Assembly (NCBI RefSeq): GCF_009914755.1
Contig: NC_060927.1
From: the human T2T-CHM13v2.0 reference genome, Homo sapiens
Direction: 5' to 3' (one strand)
Length of the DNA: 64,000 nucleotides
Shown: piece after piece, positions 38,440-60,436 of the stretch
Layout of the letters: each line of letters starts with the position of its first letter
Position numbering within the stretch: the stretch's first letter is position 1
The notes under the pieces: generated by a model
Told to the model about the DNA's origin: nothing
The model's database searches: none
The model's input: the letters and a program-made list of their open reading frames with translations, nothing else
Program-made: the position numbers and the translations under genes

Positions 38440-39297
38440 CTTCTCAAAAAAAAAAAAACAAAAAAAAAAAACAACAAACTGCTAAACTTATGAAATTTTT
38501 AAACTGACATATGGTAACTACCCCCTACCAAACATAAAATCTCTAATAAACATGGTATTCACTGGGAAGTAGAGGGAAGAGGTCAGAGGAGCCCTGGAAG
38601 GTTAAGGAGTCAATCAAGAGCAAAATTACTCAAGCTACCAATCCAGGACTAAATGCCCTGAAGGAAATAAAGCCTACCCTTGACATTCAGACAGAGAAAC
38701 CTGAGTAAGAGAACTTAGGTTGAAGATCTCAATGCTTCTCCTCCAGTGAGGAAGCCCTGCCATTAGGCCAGCTGGTTTCTGAGAGGCCAAGATGCCACAT
38801 CCATCATCACTTTTAAAAAGGCATTGGGAGTGGAGGAGAGGGAAGGCATTAGGGCTTTCTATCTGGACTCCCAGCCTTCAAGATTTCCTTATCTTTCAGT
38901 TGCCACTAATTTATCTTTGGCCTCACATGTACCAAAGTAATAGCTGGGGAAGGCAATCAAGAGTCTAACAGGCCCGGGCGTGGTGGCTCACACCTGTAAT
39001 CCCAGCACTTTGGGAGGCCAAGGCGGGCAGATCACCTAAGGTCAGGAGTTTGAGACCAGCCTGACCAACATGGAGAAAACCCGTCTCTACTAAAAATACA
39101 AAAATTAGCCAGGCGTGGTGGCACATGCCTGTAATCCCAGCAACTTGGGAGGCTGAGGCAGGAGAATCACTTAAACCTTGGAGGCTGAGGTTGCAGCCGA
39201 GATAGCATCACTGCATTCCAGCCTGGGTGACAAAAGCAAAACTGTGTCTCAAAAAATAAAAATAAAGAGTCTAACAGAGGCCAGGCACAGTGGCTCA

Positions 39298-39601
<304 letters not shown>

Positions 39602-39865
39602 CTACTAATGAAATGGTTCATTCTCAGGCCAGCAGTCCTTATGGGCATAGCACTACCTCATAAAAAAACATTCCATCTCACAGGACTGGTGAACTATCTT
39701 AGGGATCTTCTGTGAAGATCCCAATTAATGAGGGTCAGAGGGCCACAGAGGGGCTTCTGAGCCTCTAAAACAACCTGGCCTGTGAAGGTTCCTGCTGGGC
39801 TCCCCAAACCTCCAAACTTGGGGCCCTAGTTCAAGAATACTACAAGACAGTCCTGCCCCAGATCA

Positions 39866-40039
<174 letters not shown>

Positions 40040-40457
40040 CTATCTTGAAGACTTTCCAAGAACCTCAGTGAAATTGCAGAGACACTTTCTTTGTGGCTTC
40101 AGAAAAATGCTAGACATTTAATGAAACTCACTAGTTTCAAAACCATAAAAAGGAAATATAATCCCTTTCCTTTAAACAGAGAACCAACAGCTTTTTCTCA
40201 GTCCAGCCAAGAGTGGTGCTGAGCATCTCTGTAGGTGGGGCCCGAGTAAGGGCTCTGGAGGAGCAAAAGATCCACAACACAAGGTAGTTTCACGGGGGGC
40301 ACTTCCTGCCCCACAAAGGCAGGCACTTTACAGGACATCTGTCACTGCTGGTAGATGATTCTGACATAGCTTACAGAAGGGGTCCCCATTCTAGGGCAGC
40401 AGCTGACCCAGGGTCCACATGCTCTTTTTCTAACTTGTTCATCAACTCTCAGCATAA

Positions 40458-40601
<144 letters not shown>

Positions 40602-41638
40602 TAACACAGTGAAACCCCGTCTCTACTAAAAATACAAAAAAAATTAGCCGGGTGTAGTGGTGGGCACCTGTAGTCCCAGCTATTCAGGAGGCTGAGGCAG
40701 GAGAATGGTGTGAACCCGGGAGGCAGAGCTTGCCATGAGCTGAGATCGCGCCACTGCACTCCTGGGCGACAGAGCAAGACTCCGTCTCAAATAAAAAAAA
40801 GTGACTTTTGAAAATAACCAAAAGAGGCTGGGCGTGGTGACTCATACTTGTAATTCCAGCACTTTTGAGAGGCTAAGGCAAGTAGACAGCTTGGGCCTAG
40901 GAGCTCAAGAACAGCCTATGCAACATGGCTAAACCCCATCTCCAGACAGCGTGGTGGCTCGTGCCTGTAATCCCAGCACTTTGGGAGGCTTAGGTGGGTG
41001 GATCACCAGAGGTCAGGAGTTCGAGACCAGCCTGGCCAACATGGCGAAACCTCATCTCTACTAAAATTACTAAAATTAGCCGGGCGCAGTGGCGTGCACC
41101 TATAGTCCCAGCTACTTGGGAGGCTGAGGCAGAAGAAACACTTGAACCCAGGAGGTGGAGGTTGTGATGAGTCGAGATCGCAATACTACACTCACTCCAG
41201 CCTGGGCAACAGAGTGAGACTCTGTATCAAAAAAGTCAAAAACCCCATCTCCACAAAAACATACAAAAACTTAGCAGTTTACAGTGGTACATGTGCCTGC
41301 ATTCCCACCTACTTGAGAGGCTGAGGTGGGAGGATCACTGGAGTCCAGGATTCAAGGTAGCAGTGAGCTATGATCACGCTACTACTGCACTCCAGCCAGG
41401 GTGACAAAGTGAGACTTCATCTCTTAAAAACAAATAAATAGGCTGGGCGCAGTGGCTCACGTCTATAATCCCAAAACTTTGAGAGGCTGAGGCAGGTGGA
41501 TCGCGTTAGGTCAGGAGTTCGAGACCAGTCTGGCCAACATGGTGAAACCCCATCTCTATTAAAAATACAAAAAGATTGCCAGGCGCAGTGGTTCATGCCT
41601 ATAATCCCAGCACTGTGAAGGCCGGGGCGGGTGGATCA

Positions 41639-42102
<464 letters not shown>

Positions 42103-42456
42103 TCAGCACTTTGGGAGGCCGAGGCAGGTGGATCAGGAGTTTGAGACCAGTCTGGCCAACATGTTGAAACCCTGTCTCTACTAATAATACAAAAATTAGT
42201 CAGGCATGGTGGTGCATGCCTGTAATCCCAGCTACTTGGGAGGCTGAGGCAGAAGAAGTGCTTGAACCCGGGAGGCGGAGTGCAGTGAGCCGAGATCGCA
42301 CCATTGCACTCCAGCCTGCGTGACAAGAGCAAAAGTCTGTCTCAAAAAAACAAAAATAAAAATAAATAAAACAAAACAGCATACAACCATGACCCACCTC
42401 TACAAATGTTATTTGTAATATTTACTGTTACTGGGTTTACTGTTGTTATTTTCTGA

Positions 42457-42815
<359 letters not shown>

Positions 42816-42928
42816 TAGAATAGATGTTCTGTTAGTAGGTGCTGTAGTTATTTCCTGAATATGTGAAATTATACCAATAGTCTACCCCCTTCCTGGAGTT
42901 TGAGGTACATAGAATTTGAATAAATTGA

Positions 42929-43278
<350 letters not shown>

Positions 43279-43595
43279 TAACCAAGCGCAGCAGTGTGTG
43301 CCTGTAGTACCAACTACTGGGTGGGGACTGAGATGGGAGGATTGTTTGAGCCCAGGAGGTCGAGGCAGCAGTAAACTGAATCTGCAACTGCACTCAAGAC
43401 TGGGCAAGAAAGCGAGACCCTGTCTCAAAAAGAAAAAAGTGAGACTGAAGAGACAAAATGTTTTGCTCTGGAGGCAGTTTTTTCCCTCAAGAATTATACA
43501 CTAGATAACGAGGGCAAAGGCACACAGTCCTTCTCATTCCAATAGGATCTAGGTGAAGTTATTTATGTGTGTATCTGATAGGAGAGTGTCAACTA

Positions 43596-43973
<378 letters not shown>

Positions 43974-44713
43974 CTAAATCAATCAATCAATCATAACTGC
44001 TGAAAATGATCTAAGTGAACCAACGGCATGGAATACGTGCTCTTTCTCTGTCCTGGGACATACTGCACAGAGGACTCAATCTTAGCTCAGCTCCTTGGGC
44101 CAGCATGACCTTAAACAAGTGGCTCAATATCTTGGAGCAACCCCAGTTATCATCATTAAGGTAGGGACAACCATAACAACACAATCACTCTAACACTAAC
44201 TATCCAGGCAACCCGAGGCCACAAGCAGACCCTCAAAGGCTGTTTGTGGTAATGACGACAACATCCTTGACCCACCTGCTGCCCTGTCATGACAGGGAGG
44301 GCTGCAGCACAAGTTTATTAATAGATACCTCATCATCTTCAGCACAAACCTAAAGCAAGTTTTTTCAAGCCTGGTTTCACAGAATGTCAGGTTAGCATTC
44401 TTCAGTCTTTTTCTAAAGAATACTGACTTCTGGGCCAGGCGCAGTGGCTCACGCCTGTAATCCCAGCACTTTGGGAGGCCGAGGCAGGCGGATCACGAGG
44501 TCAGGAGATCAAGATCATCCTGGCTAACGTGGTGAAATCCCATCTCTACTAAAAAATACAAAAAATTAGCCGGGCGTGGTGGTGGCCACCTGTAGTCCCA
44601 GCTACTTGGGTGGCTGAGGCAGGAGAATGGCATCAACCCAGGAGGCAGAGCTTGCAGTGAGCTGAGATCAAGCTGCTGCAATCCAGCCTGGGAGACAGAG
44701 CAAGACTCCCTCT

Positions 44714-44752
<39 letters not shown>

Positions 44753-45318
44753 ATACTGACTTACTGACTTCTGAATTATGTGGCTGTGTTTAGGCTAATG
44801 AAATGATCACATTCAAGCTTCTATCAGCTAAGACACTTCAGAAAAAGGCTAAGACAGGGCAACCAAAAAAAAGAAAGTCTTTCCCCAAAAGAGATGGCTT
44901 TACATTTGGAACTCATCTAGTTTGCTCATCTTTTTTTTTGGGAGATGGAGTCTGCAGTACAGTGGCATGATCTTGGCTCACTGCAACTTCTGCTTCCCAG
45001 GCTCAAGTGATTCTCCTGCCTCAGCCCCTGGAATAGCTGGGATTACAAGTGCACGCCACCACACCCAGCTAATTTTTGTATTTTAGTAGAGACAAGGGGT
45101 TCACCATGTTGCCTAGGCTGGTCTCAAACTCCTGACCTCAGGTGATCTGCCAGCCTCGGCCTCCCAAAGTGCTAGGATTACAGGTGTCAGCCGCCGCACC
45201 AGCCTTAGTTTACTCATCTTTGTATCTGGAATTCATCTAGTTTACAAGGCAGTTAGATTTTTAAATAACATTTAATATTATTTAGTAATAATAATAATAA
45301 TTATTATTTTTGAGATAG

Positions 45319-45474
<156 letters not shown>

Positions 45475-45811
45475 TAGTAAAGACGGGGTTTCACCATGTT
45501 GGCCAGGCTGGTCTTGAACTCCTGACCCTCAGGTGATCCACCCGTCTGGACCTCCCAAAGCGCAGGGATTATAGGTGTCAGGCACCGTGCCCTGCCTAGG
45601 TGGATACATTTTAAATACAGTACCCATGGGAGACCTAGGCTGAAAGGGACCCAAGGCCCACGCTCTACAATCCCAAACTCCAGGACTCCGGCCACTGACG
45701 ATGATTGCTTCTCTGAAGTTCATGTCTGCTTTTCAGCCACTTGATGCCCAGAAACCAGATGCCAACTAGCTACACAGGCAGTGACAAATATCAGGGTGCA
45801 GGGCCACTCAC

Positions 45812-45932
45812 CTAAACTATCAGGGCTGTCGATGGAAAAACACATCAGTATAACATCGGTATCTGGGTAGGAGAGGGGCCTCAGGCGATCATAATCTTCC
45901 TGCCCAGCTGTGTCCCACAAAGCCAACTCTAC
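45812..45932 (-). CDS. RHOA: RHOA coding exon 3 (121 nt; [40 protein letters not shown])
   Basis: ttacag|GTA acceptor, TAG|gtgagt donor and DTAGQ switch II motif (cumulative 277 nt). Confidence 0.99.
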
Positions 45933-46059
45933 CTGTAATGGGAAAAACAACCACAAGAGTGCAAGGTTAATCCCCCCACCCACTTTTAGAAAAAGTGACA
46001 CTTACCATAGTACATTGAAATGGCAGACCACTGAAATGGCAGACGGTCTAAAACAGTAA

Positions 46060-46296
<237 letters not shown>

Positions 46297-46387
46297 TAGC
46301 CAGGATGGTCTGGATCTCCTGACCTCATGATCCGTCCGCCTCGGCCTCCCAAAGTGTTGGGATTGCAGGCGTGACCCACCGCGCCTG

Positions 46388-46421
<34 letters not shown>

Positions 46422-46816
46422 TTGAGACGGAGTCTTACTCTGTTGCTCAGACTGGAGTTCAGTGGCAAGATCTTGGCTCACTGCAAGCTCTGCCCCCGGG
46501 TTCATGCCATTCTCCTGCCTCAGCCTCCTGAGCAGCTGGGACTACAGGCGCCCGCCACCACGCTTGGCTAATTTTTCGTACTTTTAGTAGAGACGGGGTT
46601 TCACCATGTTAGCCAGGATGGTCTTGATCTCCTGACCTCGTGATCCGCCTGCCTCGGCCTCCCAAAGTGCTGGGATTACAGGCCATGAGCCACCACACCC
46701 GGCCGAGTATTCACTTTTATGAGCATCAAGCTCAAATGAGAGTATATTTAAATTATTTTAGGTTGAAATTTCTCAAAATTGAAAATCTGAGAACCCACCT
46801 CTACAAAAACACCTTA

Positions 46817-47621
<805 letters not shown>

Positions 47622-48680
47622 TCAATTAGGAAAAAAACAAAAAAACAAAACAGATACTAGAACTGAACCAAGTGGCATAATTCAAAATGTCAAGTCAAAA
47701 ATAACTCTGTAGCTTATAAAAGTGTTTAATTATAAATAACATTCTACTAGGAAAGAAAGCAGACAGGAGGGAAGAAATCAAATTTTAAATAACATCCTAC
47801 CAGGCATACAGGCGAGAGAGGAAGATACAAGACTAAGTAAATTTTCTGCTATAATGTGGAAACCATGGAAACAAATCTGTATTTTGAGTTGGTAGGTAGG
47901 AAAAGACACCATGCTGGCTGTTAGGCAAGGCCTGAGATGACAGGAAAGCCCTTTTGGCTGTGCCTTTACTACTCAAGAAATGTCTGAAATAATGCATCAC
48001 GTAAGGTGAGAGAGTACTCCTTTCACATCCGGGTACATCCTCACCCTCCTGTGGTAGAAGGGTAAACTGATGCCTGGGCTCTGAATACAAGTCCCATTCA
48101 ACACTGCCCAGCACTGCACCCAGCTCTGCTACCCCATTCTTATCACCAGACTCCATGTTAAACATCCTCTGTACAGAGGCCCTTTGAGGCCCAAGAGGTC
48201 TCCCTCCAATACTTGGAACACATCTTTCTTCTCTTAGCACCTTCACAGCCCAAATTTCAGTTTCTAAATGATTTCTTCCTTAAAATTGATGGCTCTTCCA
48301 CCCCCGAACTTTTGCCCCAGGATGCATCACAAATAACCTCCACAAGGCCCACTGTACTTCTGTCATGCAAACCATCATTCTGGCATGTGTAACTAAGATA
48401 TACTGATGCCCAATTATCACAATCTGTCTGCCCTCACAATAATGGAGCTCATTTACTCCCTGGCAAATCCCACTCTCCCGGCCCCCTCCACCCCACGGTG
48501 TTTAGTCATATATCCAGCCTCTATTGGCGCTTGATAAAATGCTTCCAAGATGTTGAGTCTGTCTCATATCAAAAGGGGCCTTTTCATTGTGAGCAGGCCT
48601 ACTCTTGGTACCATGATCACCTACAATCTTGTATGGTTCCCTAGGCTGTACTATTGCCTACTGTTTTTTTTTTTTTTTGA

Positions 48681-48899
<219 letters not shown>

Positions 48900-49928
48900 T
48901 GATCCTCCTGCCTCAGCCTCCCAAAGTGCTGGATTACAGGTGTGAGCTACCACGTCTGGCCTTATACTATTGCATACTGTTAAATGAATATTCCTACACA
49001 GTACCCTCTCCCATCTTGGGGACTCTTGAGTTGCTCTGAGGCAGGCAGGTAGCCTGTAATATGCTCTTCAATCAAACACTTTTATTCCAGGGGACTCTCC
49101 TCAAGTGAGAACCTCCCCCTATCTTGCGAGGGTCAGTGATGTCCAAGGTTTGCAGCACAAGAAAAATACTCACAGACCATGCCTCAAGGTTTTAAGTCAA
49201 GGTCTCTAAATTTCTTATGGGCAAGATTCTGGTTGTTCCAAGATGCCCAGGCAGAAATAATGTTTCCAAGAGAACCAAAGAGCTGCTTCCAAAACATACA
49301 TACTGCCACAGATGGAAAAGACCCTTCCAGTTCATGCTTACAGACATGCAGCAATTAACAGCCACTCTCTGGAGAAAATGTTAGGATACAACCAGTAATA
49401 TACATTCACTACTAGGCTTTTGAGAAATAAGCTATGAAAATGCCAACCTGACATTGCTTCCCCAAGCCAATGGATCTTTCTATGTATGGTGCATCAATCT
49501 AAGTTAGGTAAGAGGGCTATAACTTGACACCAATCCTGAAGATGTCATCACATTTCTACCTAGTTTGTCACAACTGGGCCCTGTGTCCATATAAAACCAG
49601 TTTTCCTATCAGGACCACAAAAACACCTATGTCCAAGCATCCATGCTTGGCTAAGGCTGAATTAACACCCTCTGTATTGGTTTGCCACCTTCAGGGTACA
49701 TCCCAAAATTCTGTTAGGCTGGTATTTGTTGTATTTTTTCCATCTATACTTGGGCCAGAAAGTATCTTAGAGTTCCTATTAGCATAAGAGCAATCATCGT
49801 GGCTCACTCTGTATTTGAATAAAAAAGAGCACAAACTATAGGACGGGCGCAGTGGCTCACGCCTGTAATCCCAGCACTTTGGGAGGCAGGCAGATCACGA
49901 GGTCAGGAGATCCAGACCATCCTGGCTA

Positions 49929-50177
<249 letters not shown>

Positions 50178-50407
50178 TCATCTCTTAGAAAGCGCTTTGG
50201 TGCTGCCAAACATTTTCCGTTACTTCACAGAACCTTGATGTCACCTATAAAAACCGTTTTACAAATGAGGAAGGCTCAAAGGTCAGGAGCTTACTGATGG
50301 TCAAACAACTATCAGGAAGCCCTACAATGAGGGACCCTGGAGTTCTGAGCAGCTGATCTAACCCACATTCCTCACACAGTGCCACAAAAGGAGGCTAGGT
50401 GGCCCTA

Positions 50408-50786
<379 letters not shown>

Positions 50787-51782
50787 TCAAGTGTTAGCAG
50801 CATATGAGACATATAACTGAATGCTCAAGAAAAATGAGAATGTTGGAGAAGAGCACCTCATTCTAGTTTTAGGGGTTTTTTCCTTTCAGCTGACCCACTT
50901 CAAAAGATGTATAGGAGAGCTGGGCACGCTGGCTTGCGCCTGTAAGCCCAGCCACTTGGGGCTGAGATGGAAGAACTTGAGCCCAGTTGTTTGAAACCAG
51001 CTGGACCAACACAAGACCTCATCTCTAAAAACATAAATTACCCAGGTGTGGTGGCACATACCTACAGTGCCAGCTATTTGGGAGGCTGAGGTGGAAGGAT
51101 CACTTGAGCCCAAGAGTTCAAGGCTGCATGATCATGTCACAGCACTGCAGGCCTGGGAGACAAAGTACAATCCCTGTCTCTTTATTTAAGAGAAAAAAAA
51201 AAAAGTATGAGAGGCCAAGCAAAGCATTACTTAGACAACAAAAGGAAGCAGAAGATTAAAAAAAAAAACAAAAACAAACCAAAACCAAAATTAAAACCCA
51301 AAAAAACCCTCCAATTTCACAAGAGCTTTGTTCCAGTCTTGCCAGAGGGCTTTCAGGACAGAAATGGGGAAGCACTGTTCTCACCATCAATGACAATAAA
51401 ATAAAACAACTGTGGCAGGCTATTTTATGTTAAAGTAAAAAAAAATCTTTTGGCCGGGCACAGTGGCTCATGCCTGTAATCCCAGCACTTTGGGAGGCCG
51501 AGACGGGCAGATCACAAGATCAGGAGATCGAGACCATCCTGGCTAACACGGTGAAACCCCGTCTCTACTAAAAATACAAAAAATTAGCCAGTCTGGTGGT
51601 GGACACCTGTAGTCCCAGCTACTTGGGAGGATGAGGCAGGAGAACAGCGTGAACCCAGGAGGCAGAGCTTGAACTAGTAATCTAATACTGGGACATCTGA
51701 TTAAATACTTTGACAGAATTTTTGTCAAAGTCCAAGCATACAAAGAAGTTCATCTGAGCATTATCTATATGGCAATGAACTA

Positions 51783-52227
<445 letters not shown>

Positions 52228-52500
52228 TCAGGAGTTCATGACCAGCCTGGCCAACGTAGTGAAACCCCATTTCTACTAAAAATACAAAAATCAGCCAGGT
52301 GTGGTGGCATATTCCCGTAATCCCAGCTACTGGGGAGGCTGAGGCAGGAGAATCCTTTAAACCTGGGGGAAGGCTGGGCACAGTGGCTCACTCCTGTAAT
52401 CCCAGCACTTTGGGAGGCTGAGGTGGGTGGATCACCCGAGGTCAGGAGTTTGAGACCAGCCTGGTGAAACCCCATCTCTACTAAACGAAAAATGAGCTCA

Positions 52501-53134
<634 letters not shown>

Positions 53135-53149
53135 TTAAAAACTCGTAAC

Positions 53150-53745
<596 letters not shown>

Positions 53746-53838
53746 GCCAGGCGCAGTGGCTCACGCCTATAATCCCAGCACTTTGGGAGGCCGAGGCGGG
53801 TGGATCACGAGGTCAGGAGATCGAGACCATCCTGGCTA

Positions 53839-54060
<222 letters not shown>

Positions 54061-54347
54061 TCAAGCAGGGTAAAAACAATGAAAGGACTGATGAAAGGGA
54101 GTACCCAAGGGAGGAAAGAACCAAAAAAGTCATCGGCAGGTTGTTTGGGTAGACATTCTGCAATCTTTCTAAGTTTGGATATTCCTTCTTTTACCAATCT
54201 AGATTTGTTTGTAAAGAAACAGCATTCTTGGCTGGGCGCGGTGGCTCACGCCTATAATCCCAGCATTTTGGGAGGCCGAGGCAGGCAGATCACCTGAGGT
54301 CAGGAGTTTGAGACCAGCCTGGCCAACATGGAGAAACCCCATCTCTA

Positions 54348-54509
<162 letters not shown>

Positions 54510-55234
54510 TCAAAAAAGAAAAATCAATTGAGGCCGAGCACAGTGGTTCATGTCTGTAATCCCAACACTTTGGGAGACTGAAGCAGGAGGAATGCTCAGG
54601 CCCAGGAGTTAAGAGACCAGCCCTGACAACATAGTGAGACACTGAGAAAGGAAGGACGGACGGAAGCATGAGAGGGGAGGGGAGAAAGAAAAGGGCCGGG
54701 CGCAGTGGCTCACGCCTATAATCCCAGCAATCTGGGAGGCCGAAACAGGTGGACTGCTTGAGAGTCCAGGAGTTCAAGACGAGCCTGGGAAACATAGTGA
54801 AACCCTGTCTCTACTAAAAATACAAAAAATTAGCCAGGAGCGGTGGTGCATGCTAATCACAGTTACTTGGGAGGCTCAGGTGGGATAATCCCCTGAGCCC
54901 TGGAGGTGGAAGCTGCAGTGAGCTGAGATTGCATCACTACACTCCAGCCTGGGGAACCCCAGTGAGACACTGTCTCTAAAAAAAGAAGGAAAAGAAAAAA
55001 AAAAAAAATCAGCCAGTTGTGGTAGCATGCACCTGTAGTCCCAGCTACCAAGGAGGCTGAGGTGGGAGGATTGCTTGAGCCCAGGAGGTGGAGGATGTGG
55101 TGAGCTATGATTGCATCACTGCACTCCAGACTGGGTGACAGAGTGGAACCTTGTCTCAAACTCTTATGACTCAACTACAAAAAAGCAGCTTAGGTTGGTG
55201 GTCTGGCTCAGGATCTCTTGCAAGGTTGAAATCA

Positions 55235-55613
<379 letters not shown>

Positions 55614-55656
55614 CTATCCATCTATCTTTTTTTTTTTTTTTTTTTTTTTGAGATGA

Positions 55657-55914
<258 letters not shown>

Positions 55915-56152
55915 TGAGCCACTGCCCATCTATCTACGCATCTATCCAATCTATGTACCTATCTAACCTATCTATGTGTTTCTCTATTATGTAGTTATTT
56001 TCAGAAAGGGTCTCATTCTGTCACCAAGGCTGGAATGCAGTGGTGCAATATTGGCTCACTGCAGCCTCTGCCTCCCAGGCTCAACTCAAGCGATCCTCCC
56101 ACCTCAACCTCTCCAGTAGCTGGGACTACCAGGCTCCTGCCACCACAGCTGA

Positions 56153-56293
<141 letters not shown>

Positions 56294-56309
56294 TAGAAAA
56301 AATTAAAAA

Positions 56310-57275
56310 ATAAAGAACTCTTACAATTCAATAATAAAAAGACAAATAATCTAATCCAATTAAAAAATGAGCAAAGGATGTGAGTAGGTATGACCCTGCA
56401 ATTCTATTCCTAGGTATATATCTAAGAGAAACAAAAACATATGTCCACATAACAACTTGTACCTCTACATGAATATTCATAGCAGGATTATTCATAATAT
56501 ATTGTCAAAAAATGTAAAGAACCCAAATATCCAACAACTGATGAATATAATATATCCATACAATGGAATGGAATATTATTCAGCGATAAAGGATAAAGTA
56601 CTGATATATGCTATAGTATGGATAGATCTTGGAAATGTTATATAAGTGAAAGAACCCAGTCACAAAAACCAACATGCATGATTCCATTTATATAAAATTG
56701 TCCAGAATAAACAAATTCAGAAAGAGAAAATAGACTGGTAGTTGCCTAGGGCAGGGACTTGGGGGTGGAGAGAAATGGAAAATGACTAATGGAATACTGG
56801 AGTTTCTCAGGTAAAAAGATTTTTCCAAAATTATTGTGGTGATGGCTGCACAACTCTATGAATATACTATAAACTATTGATTATAGTATATATAATTCAC
56901 ACATTTTATTTATTTTGAGACAGGGTCTCACTCTGTTGCCCAGGCTGGAGTATAGTGGTGCGATCTCCACTCACTGCAACCTTAGCCTCCCCAGGCTCAA
57001 GTGAACCTCCAATCTCAGTCTCCCAAGTAGCTGGAACTAAAGGTGCATGCCACCACACCCGGCTAATTTTTTGTATTTTTAGTAGTGACCGGGTTTCACC
57101 ACGTTGCCCCAGCTGCTCTCAAACTCCTGAGGTCAAGCGATCCTCCTGCCTGTCTCTCCCAGTGTGTTGGGATTACAGGCGTGAGCCACCGCACCCAGCC
57201 CACAGTATATATAATTCACACTTTAAAAAGGTGAATTGTAAGATATGTGGATTATATTTCAATAAAGCTGTTACC
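56310..57275 (+). mobile_element. L1M 3' end fragment (interrupted by an Alu)
   Basis: L1MB/ME-like 3' words: gcaattctattcctaggtatata, atggaatattattcagcgataaa, gattccatttatata, tgtggtgatggctgcacaactct, tatatttcaataaagctgtt. Confidence 0.8.
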
Positions 57276-57329
57276 ACCACTCTCGCCCCCAGTGGGGGGA
57301 AAAAAGAGAGAAATCTGCAGATTCCTTCC

Positions 57330-57810
57330 ATCTGGCAGACAGTGATGGTCAACCATCCCAATTCCCGCCCTTCCCTCCTAGACCATACTTCGATTTTTAG
57401 CTATGTACTTTGTTGTAGACTACACTTCCTAGCTTCCCTTGGAGACATGGCCATGTACCATGAGATGTGAGAATCAGCAGTATGTTGTGGGACTTCCAGA
57501 AAGTCTTTCTTAAAGGGAAGTCTTTATTATCCTCCTCCTTTCCTGCTGCTTAAATCTAAAGTAAGGGCTGGTTTCTAAGCAGCCATCCTGGTATGTGAGA
57601 ATGAATGCCATACCGTGGGGCTGGAAGAACCAAAAGGTAAAAAGGAGCCTGGATCTCAGGTGATCTTGGGAGCCACCATCTCAGCCCCAAGACTGCCTAC
57701 CTTCCATGTTTCTTCCATATGAATGAGAAATAAATGACTGTCTTATTTAAGGTGGTATTTTTCAAGTCTCTGTTACCTATAGTCAAACTAATCCTAAATT
57801 ATATACACTC
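57330..57810. mobile_element. MLT1-type (MaLR) solo LTR relic
   Basis: Characteristic words gactacacttcctagcttcccttg, ggccatgt, gcagccatcctg, ggagcctggatc, gactgcctacct and aataaa..tgtcttatttaag. Subfamily not assigned. Confidence 0.65.
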
Positions 57811-58058
57811 AGCTGGGCATGGTGATTCACGCCTGTAATCCCAGCACTCTGGGAGGCCGAGGCGGGCAGATCACGAGGTCAGGAGTTTGAGACCAGCCTG
57901 GCCAACATATGAAACCCCATCTCTATTAAAAATATTAAAATTACCCAGGCGTGGTGGGGTGAGGCAAGAGAATCGCTTGAACCTGGGAGGTGGAGGTTGC
58001 AGTGAGCCAAGATCATGCCACTGCACTCCAGCCTGGGTGACAGAGACTCTTGTCTCAA

Positions 58059-58059
58059 A

Positions 58060-58099
<40 letters not shown>
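58059..58099 (+). repeat. (AAT)n microsatellite in an Alu tail; other Alu-tail STRs: (CAAA)n about 7548-7582, (AAAT)n about 21807-21845, long poly-A 44715-44750
   Basis: Read directly. Confidence 0.9.
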
Positions 58100-58103
<4 letters not shown>

Positions 58104-58508
58104 CTCATTATCACAACTATATTGTCTAAAGGGTATGTTCCCCAACCAGAATGGATAAGACAATCCACAGGGGTACCAGAAGAAAACTCAGAGGGCAAAC
58201 AACGACAAAAATAAACAATGAAAACAAAACAAAAAAACTCAGAGGGCTGACAGTGCTGCCATTACTCATTTGTGAATTCTCAGGACAATATTACATACAG
58301 CAGTGAATACGTGTGTGTGTATATATATATAGATACAGATATTATAGAATTTTATCCAAATCTACAAAATCTAGTAACTTTTTTTTTTTTTGCAAAAAGG
58401 GAGTAAATTGAAGATACTACTAATCATGAAAGCACAATAAGAAGCATATCGATGATAGGGAAATGTGCTCAATGCATATCTTCAAACAAGAGCATGCAGT
58501 CAAGGCTA

Positions 58509-58784
<276 letters not shown>

Positions 58785-58849
58785 TCAAAAAAAAAAAAAA
58801 AGTTAGCTGGGTTGGTGGCAGGCACCTGTAACCCCTGAAAGGCTACTCA

Positions 58850-58951
<102 letters not shown>

Positions 58952-59135
58952 TCAAAAAAAAAAAAGGATTGGCATGGTGGCTCACGCCTGTAATCCCAGC
59001 ACTTTGGGAGGCCGAGGCCTGTGGATCACGATGTCAGGAGTTCGAGACCAGCCTGACCAACATGGTGAAACCCCATCTCTACTAAAAATACAAAAATTAG
59101 CCGGGCATGGTGGTCCGCACCTGTAATCTCAGCTA

Positions 59136-59300
<165 letters not shown>

Positions 59301-59537
59301 TCATGCCTGTAATCCCATCTACTCAGGAGGCTGAGGTGGGAAGACAGCTAGAGTCCAGAGTTTGAGACCAGCTTGGGCAAAATAGCAAGACCCTATCTCA
59401 TAAAAATAAAAAAATATTGGCCGGGCATGGTGGCTCACACCTGTAATCCCAGCACTTTGGGAGGCTGAGGTGGGCAGATCACGAGGTAAGGAGATCGAGA
59501 CCATCCTGGCTAACATAGTGAAATCCCGTCTCTACTA

Positions 59538-59822
<285 letters not shown>

Positions 59823-60325
59823 CTAAACAACACAGTGAAACCCCATCTCTACCCAAAATACAAAAAATTAGCTGGCTGTGGTGGTGCGCATCTGTGGTCA
59901 CAGCTACTCAGGAGGCTAAGATGGGAGGATCACTTGAGTACAGGAGGCAGAGGTTGCAGTGAGCTGAAATCATGCCACTACACTCCAGCCTGAGTGACAC
60001 AGTAAGACCCTGTCTCACCAAATAAAGATTTAATAAACTTTACATCTCTCATAAGGCCTAATCTGCATGGGCTTTTGCCCAAAGTCAAACAACCAGGACC
60101 CTATGGGATGCAAAGAAACGTCAACAGGAATTCCCCAGTTCAAGAAAAGGCTGCTTTGGCCGAGTGTGCTGGGGTTCATGCCTGCAATCCCAGTACTTTG
60201 AGAGGTGGGTGGATCACCTGAGGTCAGGAGTTCGAGACAAGCCTGACCAACATGGTGTAACCCCATATCCACTAAAAATACAAAAATTAGGTGGGCGTGG
60301 TGGTGGGCACCTGTAATCCCAACTA

Positions 60326-60436
<111 letters not shown>

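Noticed and set aside
47833-48246. 137-aa ORF in non-Alu DNA of RHOA intron 2
   Set aside because: GTG start, no recognisable domain and no convincing splice or promoter context.
57279-57300. CTCF-like motif cccactgggggcgag
   Set aside because: Several mismatches in the core, so it cannot be supported without ChIP data.
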